NCBI GenBank assembly: GCA_001804285.1
Contig: MHFR01000042.1
Coordinates: 78,725 to 142,724 of the forward strand
From: Candidatus Danuiimicrobium aquiferis
Lineage (GTDB): Bacteria > Omnitrophota > Omnitrophia > Omnitrophales > Danuiimicrobiaceae
DNA length: 64,000 bases
Direction of reading: 5' to 3'
Position 1 is the first letter of the stretch. The number at the start of each line of letters is the position of its first letter. This document shows positions 51,401 to 63,400 of the stretch, piece after piece. The position numbers and the translations under genes are program-made. The notes beneath the pieces are model-generated. The model saw only the letters and a list, made by a program, of their open reading frames with translations, did no database searches and was not told the origin of the DNA.

Positions 51401-54400
51401 ACGGGAATCGAAAAACCGTTTTCCGGCAATCGTCTTGCCCAAACGTGGCTTGCACCGCAAGTTCCGGTTTATACCATTCATGATGCATCAGCAAATGCTC
51501 TTCATGATCCCGTTCTTGGAGTTGCGCAGAGAACGAGAGCTTACGTTCCGGTTTATTCGCGCGGGATCACCGATGCGGGTTCCGCGTCTCCGGCTGCCAT
51601 GTTTACGGCCAATCGTTTTAATGCAGATCAAATTGCCGAAGATGCGGAGGTTATTGTAAAAGGATCAGTTCCTCCGGGTGTTTTCGTCCGGTCTGAAACC
51701 CGCAACATGACAAATAGTTCCAGTGAGGAGTTAACCGAAGCGCGCAACCGTGAAAATAATTCAGAGGGAATGTCAACGGAAAGCGCGCAAGAGTCCTCGT
51801 CTGATCAAAGTGCTAAGACAAGGGCCGAAGCCAGGGAGTTATTGTTACAAAAATTAGAAGGCCTCCTCGGACAATTAGAACAAATCAAGGACGAAGCAAA
51901 TGCCGATCGAATAAAAACATATCTCCACAGTGTGTCGGAGATGATCAAGATGGCGGGCTGGATGCCGGAAGTAGAGAAATTTATTAAAGAGCATTATGAG
52001 ACAACTTCCGGGGCTCAGGTGTTTGAGCCAACGGTGGATGAGCAAACAAACCAAGATTCTTTAGTGGCGCGACGAATCCGGGAGTTAAGGGAAATATTCT
52101 TCGCTAGTTTCAAAAATGCAGCTGAAGACAAAATCATGCAAGTGGCGGGCGGCTATCTGCCGATGCTCGAAGACTTCCAACGCAAACTTGCTTCCTTAGC
52201 CGAAATCGAAAGTTTTGTGAAAGAAAAGATACAACAACAGATACTGGCATTGGTTGAAAAAACGTTCAACGCTATTTTTGAAAATCCTGCTTTGATAGAT
52301 CCTGAAATTAGAGAGGCTTCCTATGTGTTTTCTGTGATCGGAGACGTTGGCGGGAAAGAAGCGGCGCTTAAAAACATTGCCGCTTGGCTTCGGGAAAACA
52401 AGTTGGAACTTCTTCGCACGCGCATTGAAGAAGGGTTGATACTATTAGGAAAGAATGACGCCAAGACCGACTTAAGTCATGCCTATGAGCTTTTGACGGG
52501 GCGTCCTGCGCCTTCGTATCAAGATGATCAAGTGGGATCCCTTGTCGCAAGCCCCATCCGCTCCGAAGCGCGCAACGAATTAAGTTCCGAGTTGGAAGTT
52601 CAAAGTTTGAAGTTGGGGAAAGAAGGTAAACCTGAAACTTTAAACTCAGAACTTGGAACTCAACTTAGGGCCGAAGCCCGCAACATAACAGATAGGTCCA
52701 GTGAGGAGTTAACCGAAGCGGGTGCCGGTACTTTGGCTGATCAAGAGAAAGCCAAACGTGCCGAAGTGCGCAACCTCGGAAATAGTTCAGAGGAAACATC
52801 AATAGAAAGCGCGCAAGTGTCCTTGTCTGATCAAAGCGCTAAGACAAGGGCCGAAGTGCGGGAAGTTGACTACGCCTATTTGGGGGCTTACGGTTTTGTC
52901 GGGGCCGCGATGCTTGGCGCAGCATTTTATGGGAATTATGCCGCTAACCGCAAAGTAAAAACACCAGTCCAGGAAGCCGTATCGCCGACAGCGCACAGCT
53001 TGATCCTTCCGGTTGTCGATACAACAATCTATGTGACGGAACAGGAATTTCAAGAAATCGTTCAAAAAGCGTTTCCGGCGATTGGGACAGCGCCGCTTGT
53101 GTTTGTGACTCCCGAACAGAATACTGCGTTTCTTAAAACATTTTTACCGCACAGAGAACAACATCTATTCAAAAATCTGGTTTTGGATGAACCGCAGCGA
53201 ACGCTCGGGGGGTCTATTAGTTCGGATCGGGTGCTGACGGGTGTAGGGCAGCCAATCAAAGTATTCGGATTTGTCGGAAATGATGATGCGGGTATATTTG
53301 CGCTTGAGAAACTTAAAGGATCCGGCATCGCGACAGGGATCCAGGTGCTGGATGGCGGAATGACATCTCAAACGCTTGTGATTGAAGTGGTGAAGCCCAA
53401 GACGGACGGCAGTGGCGGTTATGATTCGGCAGGAAGATACTTTTTGCATGTTAAAGGCGTGAATGAAGAACTTGGGAAATATTTAGAAAACGGACGTTTG
53501 AAAAGATGGTTTCTTCAGGAGTTCGGAGAAAACGAAAAGCCGATTCTCCATATCGGTTACGAGGCGCTTTCGTCGGAATATTATTTCCGGAATTTATACC
53601 GGCTGATTCGGGAACTTCGTGCGGAAGTGCCCGGCTTGCGTGTTGCGTTGGATACGGTTGCTGATTTCGGGAATTTATGGGGCAAATTTTCAGATGATGG
53701 GAAAAAATTACTCGCAGAACTGGATGTGCTGACCGTTAGTCTCGACGAAGCGGTAGCCATTTACGAAAAGCTGACAGAAAAAAAACTTACGGACATGAAA
53801 GAAAAAGATATGACGCTCGCTCAGGCGGAAGCGGTGTCGAGAGTCATGGTGCCTTGGTTTCTTGCGACAATGGAAAAAGGCACGGTTTTAATCAAGGCGG
53901 GCAATAAGGGAAGTTTTTATGGATCGAATCATTGGCCGAATGGCGGCTGGCGGAACCGAAAGATTCCGTTTGCATGGATGCCGATTGTTCCTAATGAATT
54001 GATACAAGCTGAATATGCGGCAGAAGTGGATGGCGAAAAAGTTGCCAATACGACCGGTGCGGGCGATGCGGCTTCTGCCGGTTTTATTCAGGCGCTGCAT
54101 GACGGCTATGATGTCCATCAGGCGGCGGCACTGGCTTCGGTCTACGGAGGTTTAAGTTACGGCCAACTCGGAGGAGGCGTCATCGGGCACCCTGCCGAAA
54201 CAGTGGGGAAACTTTATCAGGATTTTGTTGCGGCAAACCGCGGCGATTACCGGCCGGCAGCATTTAGACAATCGTCACTCGCGGAGATGACGGACAAAGA
54301 AATTGAGACCCTGATCATCCGGAGAATTGTTGCTAATAACTTTAAGACAGTAAAACCATGGAGTTTTGGGGCTAAAATTGTAAATGTGGAACCGGTCGAT

Positions 54401-57400
54401 ATTAGTGAAGCGATTGAAAAAGTAGGCGCTGATTTGATTAAACAAGTCCGCGAAATTATTTTGAAATATGGGGAGTTTCGAATTGGGATAGAACCGTCTC
54501 ATGACCTTAAAGAGGATGATACGTCTGAGCCCCAAAGCATGTGGGTTTATCCGCCGTCTTTTGCGACTCAGGGAAGAATGTTTTTCGAATGGGTATATGA
54601 TGCTGTTGCGCAGTATGGAGAAGAACTTTCCGGAAACGGCCATCGTATTTCTTCTTTACAGATGGAACAAATCAGAAAGTTTTTGGCGGCATATCCGGAT
54701 GACAACATTCTCGGCATTGTCGCGATCGACCGTTTTCATTCTCAATATAAAAGAGTAAACAAAATAAACGACGGACAACTCCATTATTTTATTGTCAGAC
54801 GGAATTCTTTTGAGGACGATAATTTTCTCGTTTTGCATCCTGCCGATCAGGACTTTGCGGTAGCGTTTGCCCGTGCAATGCCTTTCGAATTTCACCGGAT
54901 GCCCTTAGGGGCTCTGGTGTTAAATACTCCTGAAGAATTGGGCCAGATCAGCGGTACGGATGTTGTGCTCCAGATGCAGTTTATCCCCGTCTCGAAAATG
55001 GCCGGAGTGACTGCTTACAATTTTGATCCGAATCATGCCTTGATCCAGAAATGGTCTGTGCTTGCAGGAACGCCTGTGTTAGAAAATTGGATAAGAAATC
55101 AGCTTGAGATTCGGATTGCAGAACTTTCCCGCTCGGAAGTGCGAAATACGTTTACTCCGGCGGAACTCGGCGAAATCACGCAGCCGCTGATCGACATTCT
55201 CCATCTTGTCCGCGAATTAGATGCCACATCGAACGGATCTTCTCAATTGAGAGCATTCATTCCTCAAGTCCGGCGGGAAATTGAACGCCTCAACATCGAA
55301 GGATTGAATGCCGTTTTGGTCGGAAAAATTATGCCGGTTGCACAGGGGCTTAGCCATGCGGAGCGGGCTCACCACAGATTTTGGACAGAAACAATGCCTG
55401 CGCCGGTCAGTCGGATGGCTCAAGAATTAGCAACCCGGCAGCAATCGTTAACAGGTGATATTGATCAAAAACTGACAAGAGCAAAGGCTGCTGCGTTGAA
55501 GCCCGTAATTACTCATTTAGTAAAAGCGTATGATTTGGTTGCCGATGCACGCGCAATGCAAAGAAAAGTTTTGCAGGATTCAGAAATTGACGGGTTGTTT
55601 AAATCAACCATTGAGAAAATCGAAGCACTTCAAATTGAAGAAGCGATTGGGTTGATTGATCAAATTGTTGAAACGATAAATTCTCTTCTTGAACTTGATC
55701 CGAAGCAATTGCCTTCAATGGTTTCAAATTTAGAACAAACACGGACCGAACTAAACATTGTTCGCCGTCTATTAGAACCGCGTGCCAATGCCGGCGCGGA
55801 TGTAGCTGATGCGAGGGCCGAAGCCCGCGACCTTGGAAGTTCTTTTGTCATTCCCGCGTCCGCCAAACAACGCGGTCGGATCCGCCAAAGCGTTAGTGGC
55901 GGAAAAGCGGGAATCCAGCTGGATCCCCACTTGCGTGGGGATGACACCAATTTGAGAGCCGAAGTGCGGACTGATCAGGTATCGGCGGAAGATTTGGATT
56001 GGGAACGTGCGCGGCTTGAGCAAGAAGAGGAAGATTTAAGAATTAAATGGGAAGCAACGGAATCGGCATATCTTAGATTAAAACAGCTTAGATCAAAGCA
56101 GCAAGGCGGAATTAGTCATAAGGCACTTACGGATGCTCAACAAAGAGCCGCTGAGGCTAACGGGCAATATCTAAAAGCGCAGCAAGCTTTGTTAGCTTTT
56201 CAGAGACGGATTGCTTCGCGAAACGTTTCTTCGAAACCTTCCGAAACTTTAGTGCAACTTCCGGCGTGGATGTACTCTGCTGTTGGGATTGGTAAACCCA
56301 CGTTCCCGACCGTTGCGGCTCAAGTTGCGGCATTAACCGGTATCGGCGGAGCTTCGATTCCAGTACCGCGTCAGGTGCCAACGTCGTTGCTGCAAATTAT
56401 TAGGTCGGAAGCGCGCAACGATCGAAGTTCTTCTGTCATTCCCGCAAAAGCGGGAATCCAGCTGGATCCCCACTTGCGTGGGGATGACACCAATTTGAGA
56501 TCCGAAGTACGGGGCACAGAGTCCCCAGTGCAAGCGGCGCTCAAAAATATTCTGAATGCGCATTTTTATTTAGGAATCATTCCGGGCCTGATTGCATTTT
56601 CGGTTTTTCCATTATGGAGCGCATCGTTTAGTGCGGAGCGCAGACTTCTTCAGACGAAATTAAGCCGGCAGGGAATTTCTTATTGGCAAGTGGATTGGTC
56701 CGAAATTCCGGCTGACGTGTATGATCAAATCAAAGCCATCCGGGCGTCCGGCGGCGATTTTGATGTTCAGTTCAGTCCGGCCAGGGTTGATGATGAATAC
56801 TCAGACTATCATTATCCGCAAACGCTTCGCATTGTGCCGGTTTCCCTAGAAAAGGGGACAGGCAATCGTTCGCTTTTGAGTCATATGCCTGTCCCCTTTT
56901 CTGCGTTAAACGCTGATCAAGCGCGAGCCGAAGTAAGAAGTGAATTCGGAGAAGTCTTAAATCCAATTTTGGCGGATGTTTATAAGATTTTAGAAAGAGC
57001 CGGACGGAAGTTAAGTTTAAGTCCTCTCGAAATCGAAGAAATCAAAACGCCGGTTAACACCTTCTTGAAATGGGTTGAGTCAGAACACGCGTTATCGCAC
57101 GGTCAATATGAACAAGCGCTGGATATCCGCGTCCGGCATAGTAATCCCATCGGGAAAGACGGAAAACCCGAGCGCGCCCAGGGCGGAATTCGCATTTTAC
57201 TGCCGGAAAATCTCGGAAAAGGGTTCAATGACGAGAAATCCAAATTCTACCAAACGCTCAACAGAATGATTGCTGACGGAAAAATCCAGTTAAATGATAG
57301 TGACCACGAAGTTCAAGCTGCATTAAATCGATTCCTGGAGCAGTGGCTGACCGAAGAAACGACAGCGCTTGCCATTGACATGAGTCTGAAAAATAAAATT

Positions 57401-60400
57401 ATGGGGCTTCCGCACGGCGGCGGGAAAGGGATTTCCTTTTTAGGAAAATGGGAAAAAGTTAATGGTGCCTGGAAATTAGTGCCGATTGTGAAGGCCCAGA
57501 TTCAAGACGGCAAACGTGTGTTTCGAACATCGGATGTGGCGATTTTGATGAGGGATATCGGAAGAACATTTGCCGAAAACAATGTGATTCATGAATTGCT
57601 TGACGGCGGCGCGCCCGATCTAAATCCATTCGGCCCGTCGATTACCACGGAGCTATTAATTTCATGGATGATGGATGAAACTATCGCCGTTCTGATGCGG
57701 AATGAAAATGATGACATTTGGAAACAAAATCCCGGGTTGCTTGAGGAATTAAAGGATGCGGATGATAATGTCATTACCAACCCCGCATTTTTAAAGGTTT
57801 GTATGGCGTATACACAGCGGCATCCCGAAAAGATCCTTCCGTTTCTATCGCGGTACACCGGTAAACCGGTCGGATTAGGCGGGTTGCAGTATCGTAAAAA
57901 AGCAACAGGCGAAGGCGTCGTGGTGGCGGCAGAACGCATGGTCACGAAACTTCTTCCGGAGCGGGCGAAATTAGAAAAACCATTATCCGGATTAACGATT
58001 GGTGTTCAGGGACTTGGGAATGTGGGCACTTGGGTGGCAAAAGAAGCTGATCAGCGGGGTGCTTTAGTGACTGTATTAAGCGATGAGGGCGGGGCTATTC
58101 AATCCCCGCAATTTACGGGTGAGAAGTTGACGACGATTGGGACGTACCGCGATCTCACAAAAACAAGAAGCCTGTTGGGAGTTACAAAGCCAACGCTCGA
58201 TGGCCGGCCGAATCCATATTATATTGAAGGTGTTGAAGTCTTAGCGAGAGGAACGGAAGAAGGAAATATAGCGCTTTTTAAATCGAATACTCAGATTAAA
58301 GTAACGGCGGCAGTACAGGGAGCTATTGATGAAAGCAATGTTGATTTAATCGGAGAAGGAACATTATTCATTGATGATGGTGCTAACGGAGGAACGACGA
58401 GCGAAGCAGGCCGTTTGTTATATCAACGGGCTCCAAAAGTTCACGCACTTTCCGCAATCTTAGTCAGCGGCGGTGGCGTCGGACAATCTTCCCGTGAAGT
58501 GGTGGCGAATCTGACGAATCGCTATACTTCGGAAGGGGAAGACAGGGCATGGGTGTCCGAAAGAATCAACGCTGCTGTGGATGCCACTTGGACGGTTAGC
58601 CGGGCGAATGAGGTTGATATGGGGCTTGCGGCGGCGATGCTTGGAATCAAGCGTTTACGCGGGATTTCATCTTTCCGTGAAGTTCAACCCAATGTTTTGA
58701 AGAATGAAAAGCCTTCCACGATTGATGAGTCGCTTGCGATTGATGAAATCCGGTTGGCGGCTGAACGCCTTCGTCAATATGGAATTGAACAGCTAAATTT
58801 ATTGGCGGCGGCAAAGTTGTCTGAAAATGCCGGTGTCCCGGTTGAAGTTCTCGATGAAACCCTTCATTTGAGTAACTCCTTCAAAATTTTAGGATCTCTT
58901 AATTTTATTTTACGTGAACTGGAAAAGGCAAAACGGCAGGGTGTTACGATTACCACGATCGGGACGCAAACAACATTTAATCACGGATATGCGCTTGCGA
59001 TTGCTTACAATATTCTTGTTAATAAGAATGTCATTGATCCGAAACAGACAGAGCTTGTGATTTATGTCGGGAAAGAGATGCCGCCCGAAAATGTCAAACG
59101 GCTTGAAACGCTTCACGCGCGTGTTGTGCAGTTCGAGAATTACGAAAAAGCCAGATATGAAATGGACCGTACAAAGGAACAACTCCGGGATCAAATGATC
59201 CGGGTTGAGCATTTTAACGGGGTTTGGGAAGGATACGCGACTATTTTCCTCCATCTGTTCGATCAAACTAAAGCAAAAGTCGTAAGCGGCGAGTGGGAAA
59301 ACAAAACAATCGGAGTGACGGTTCCGGTCGGCACGGGCGGATTAATTGCCGGTGCGCAAGTGCTCAAGAAATTGGTTCAGGATGAAAAGCTTCCCGTGAA
59401 CATTAAAATCATCGCGGTTCAAACACCCGAAATCGACAGTTTATATCAATCGCTTCTACAAGGAAGAACCGTGCAAAGGAAGTTTCCCCCGATGGTTTAT
59501 GCCAGAGGAATTGGCGTAGAGGAACCGGAAATATCTGTTGGACTGGCGGAATCGTTTATCGATTACGTGGTGTTGGCGGATGAAAGAACACAGGGAATTC
59601 CGGCGACGAAATTACTTTATGACGATATGTCCATGCACGGTCTGGGAGCGCAGAAATATGAAGTCACCTCAGGTTTGACGGCATCTGTGGCGGTTGCCCA
59701 GAAAGAATTTTTTGCGCGCGAAGGAATTGATCTCTTTATTCCGGTGTTAAGCGGAGCAAATGAAATCGAGTCTGTTTGGGAAGAAGTTTTGAAGAGTGAT
59801 GGACAAATTGCCCGATCCGAAGCGCGCGGAATTTCTGGTGCAGGGCAGAATTCGCTGACAAATCTTACTTTTGCTGAATTTTCGGAATATGTCAAAACCG
59901 GAGAAATCGGCCGGGGAGATCGAATTCAAGTCAGAACCAAAGGCGGCCGGATTGACGAAGTTATTTTCGAGCAACTAGAACCTGAAGGAGGGATTTTTCA
60001 ACCGACCGAAATTCAGGGTATTAAAAAAGTTCGGGAGGCAGGACAGCGTTCCCAGGATGTCGAGGTTGCTTATCAGGCTAAAGATGTTCAAACGGTCAGT
60101 GTCATTGCCCGCAGCAACGGTTCACTGCCTGAATTGTTGATACAGCGTGTTGCCTTACAAGATCGCATGGAACAGATTGTGGATGAAATGGTTGTGCCGA
60201 GCGAGGAATTGCTGAGTTTCAGCGGACGAATGATAGACGAAATGAATGCCGGCCTTCGCGGCGATCCCAAGTCATTAAAAATGATTGCGAGCATGGTGCC
60301 GGAAGCAACGGGGAACGAAAAAGGAATTTATGGATCTACCGATATGGGTGGGACAAACCTCAGGAATTTATTTATTAAAATTGAAAATGGCGAAGCGTCT

Positions 60401-63400
60401 CTTGTGGCAATGACAAAGGCCACGATTCCGGTCAATTTAATGGGCAAATCGTCCAGCGCAAAGAAGTTATTTAAATTTGTTGCCGGCAAACGTAACGAAT
60501 TTCTAAAATCCAGAGTATTAAACAAAGCGCTTAAAGATCAAAAAATTAGTATTCCAGAAAAAGATTTGATCGGATTTGCGTATTCTTATCCGGCCGATAT
60601 GGGCGCGATTGATATCGCTTATTCAAGTGGAGCGACTAAATATATGTTACTGACGGATATTGAGGGAAAAGATGTCGGCGCGCTTTACAACGAGGAGCTT
60701 CAAGCCTTGGGATTAACGGCAAGTCGAGTGGGCGCCATTATCAATGATACGGTGGCAACCGGCGCGCTTGCGCAGCTTGCCAACAAAAATGTTCTCGGCG
60801 GTGGCATATTAGGAACGGGCGAAAACTGGGCTTATCTCGAAGATATTGAAAATATTCTTACTTTAACTGAGGCGCAAAGGCAGTGGCTTCGCGAACATGG
60901 CATCAAGAGGATGTGGATCAACATAGAAGCCGGCGGTTTTGATCGAGTGCGACAGACCGAATATGATAAGCAAATGGATCAAATTTCGCCGAAACCCGGT
61001 TCGCAGTTGGCGGAAAAAATGATTTCCGGCATGTATTTGGGCGAACTGGTTCGCGTGATATTGACAGATTTGGCAGGCAAAAAGCTCCTTTTTAACAGTC
61101 AAACCGGGAATCTGTTAGAGACTTCTTTCGGAAAAGATGAATACGCCTATGTTTCAATTTTCGGAATCAGGATCCCTCTTTTTAAGAAACTTGCGGAGCT
61201 TCTGAAAACTATCGGATTAGGCAGATGGATCCGGAAGAATGTTTTCACCTCTTCCGATATGGATCCTATTGCGGCGGATACAACACCCAATCTTAGCATG
61301 ACACGAAATGTTCTCCGGAAATTTGGCATTATGCAAACGACTTATGAGGAACGGAAGGCCGTCAAACGAATTGTGGATCAAGTTGCTTTGCGATCGGCTT
61401 CTCTTGCGGCTGCTCAGATCATGGCAATTATTTTAAAAGTAGATCCGAATCTGGAGCGGTTCCATGGGATGGCTATTGACGGAAGTTTGTTTGAGAAATA
61501 TCCGCGCTACGAAAAGATGATGATGGGTGCGCTCCGTAAAATTGCGGAGAGGAAGTTCGGGGACTCAAGAAAGGTTGATCAAATCACACTGACGCTCAAG
61601 AAAGACGGAACAGGCAAAGGCGGCGGAGCGGTGACTGCGATTGCCGATCAGACAAAAATTGCCGAATTGCCTCGGTTCCCTCGCGTACAAACGGGAGAAA
61701 ATTTCCGGAACCTATCGATTCAGAAAGTGGTTGAGTTGGTGAATGCGCTTGATCTGGGCTATCAGCAGGCTCAAGGGCTCAGGGCGGTGATGGTCCAATC
61801 GTCCGGCCAGAATGTCCAGGTTTTCTGGCGGGAAGGAAGACAACCCATCGGCGGTTTTAGCCGTGCGCTGAACGAAATTAGCCAGATGTTACGCGGCCTT
61901 GGAAGTCCCATATTTGATTTATATGAAGTGAGCCACAAAGGCGCGCTGGGACTTGTCATTGTTCTTTCCGGGCAAACTCCTGCACGCGGAAAAATCGGTG
62001 ACGTGTTTAACATTGCCAGGGCCGAAGCGCGAGTGGCGCAAACGGCGGAGGAATTTGGCAGACTTGCCCAGGCGGCACAAGAAAAAGGATGGATTTCAGA
62101 GGCGGCGTTAGCGAATATCATATCGTGGGGCAGTTCCGAATATAATTTGCGGCTCGGACAATTTTTGACCAAAATGTTTTCCGGTTTCGATGAAGATATC
62201 ACAGTCCACGAAGCCATTACGAAACAGTTTAATGCTGCCGGCCAAAATGAAAAAGTCTGGAAAGAAATCGGCGATGCTTGGTATGAAATCCTGAAAGTCG
62301 GAACAGCCGGTATGCGCGGCAAGATCGGATTCGGCACGAACCGGATCAATCTTTTTACGATCGGAAAGCTTGAGCTTGCTCACGCTTTGGCGGTTGCGGA
62401 TGATCAATATAATGACATTGTGAAGAAGGTGGATTCTCAATTTGATCCGATGACGGAAAGAAAAGCGGTTGTAATCGGCGGTGATTCGCGGCATGGTTCA
62501 TGGCTTCCGGATGCGAAGCAGCCGAACGGCGGAACGCCGGGCTGGCAAATTAAATTAGAAGCTTTGTTGAATGTTGTCCACGGTGTTCGCGCGTATGTTT
62601 ATCAAATTCCAACTTCAACGCCACAAATTGCATGGTCGACGCACAGCCTTGAAGTGGCCGAAGGTTACCGGATTGTGTCCGGCTCGATGAATACGGCAAG
62701 TCATAATCCCGCCACGGACAACGGAAACAAACCCTACAAACCGGACGGCTCCCAGTCGACCGGCGAGTTTGCTGATCTGCTGAAGGACCTGGTCAAGAAG
62801 GCGACACCGGACTATCTTGCGACGCTTCAATATGCCAACCGCAATATTTTAGAAAACATTGATGAGCTGTTCGAACAGGCCGTGAAGAATGGCGAGATTG
62901 TGCTGATCGGCGGCGACAACGATCCGCTTAACGTGGATGATCAATTTGTCGAGGTGGAGCTTGACGAAGCGATTCATACGATCGGAGATTTGTTTGATCA
63001 ATCGAAAATTGATTTAGAAAACGCAAAAATTGTTATTTCACCGCTTTGGGGTGTTTCAAAGCATATCTTGGCTAAAATTTTAAAACGACGGGGCCTTCGC
63101 GACGATCAGATCATTTGGGTGGAGGATGTGCCGAATCCTGATTTTCCGGGTGTGAAAGAAGGAAAGCCGAATCCTGAATCGCCGAAAGCACGGGAAGTGG
63201 CACTGCAGAAAGCGATTGATACGGGCGCGGGTCTTGTGTTGTGGACGGATCCGGATTCCGATCGTCCTGCGGTTGCGGTATTGAAAGATCCCAAAGCCAA
63301 GCCGGCCAATTTTGACGATTTTATTTCTTTGAACGGCAATATGCAGCTGGCTGTGTTGACGGATTATTTGATTCGTGAAATTAAGGAATTGGGAGATTTG

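Noticed and set aside
55817-55975. Idea that the RSEVR-encoding word is a target-site duplication of the paired-hairpin element
   Set aside because: Intergenic copies of the same element (4849, 16772, 41605, 45062) are not flanked by the word, and most motif copies have no adjacent element. The bracketing at 55.8 and 56.4 kb is therefore kept as an observation rather than as a TSD claim.
57589-62494. Minus-strand ORFs within the giant gene region (for example 61771-62349 at 192 aa, 62108-62494, 57589-57945)
   Set aside because: These are antisense to a coding region with strong domain content. They have no recognisable motifs and have Arg/Ser/Pro-rich compositions typical of antisense frames.
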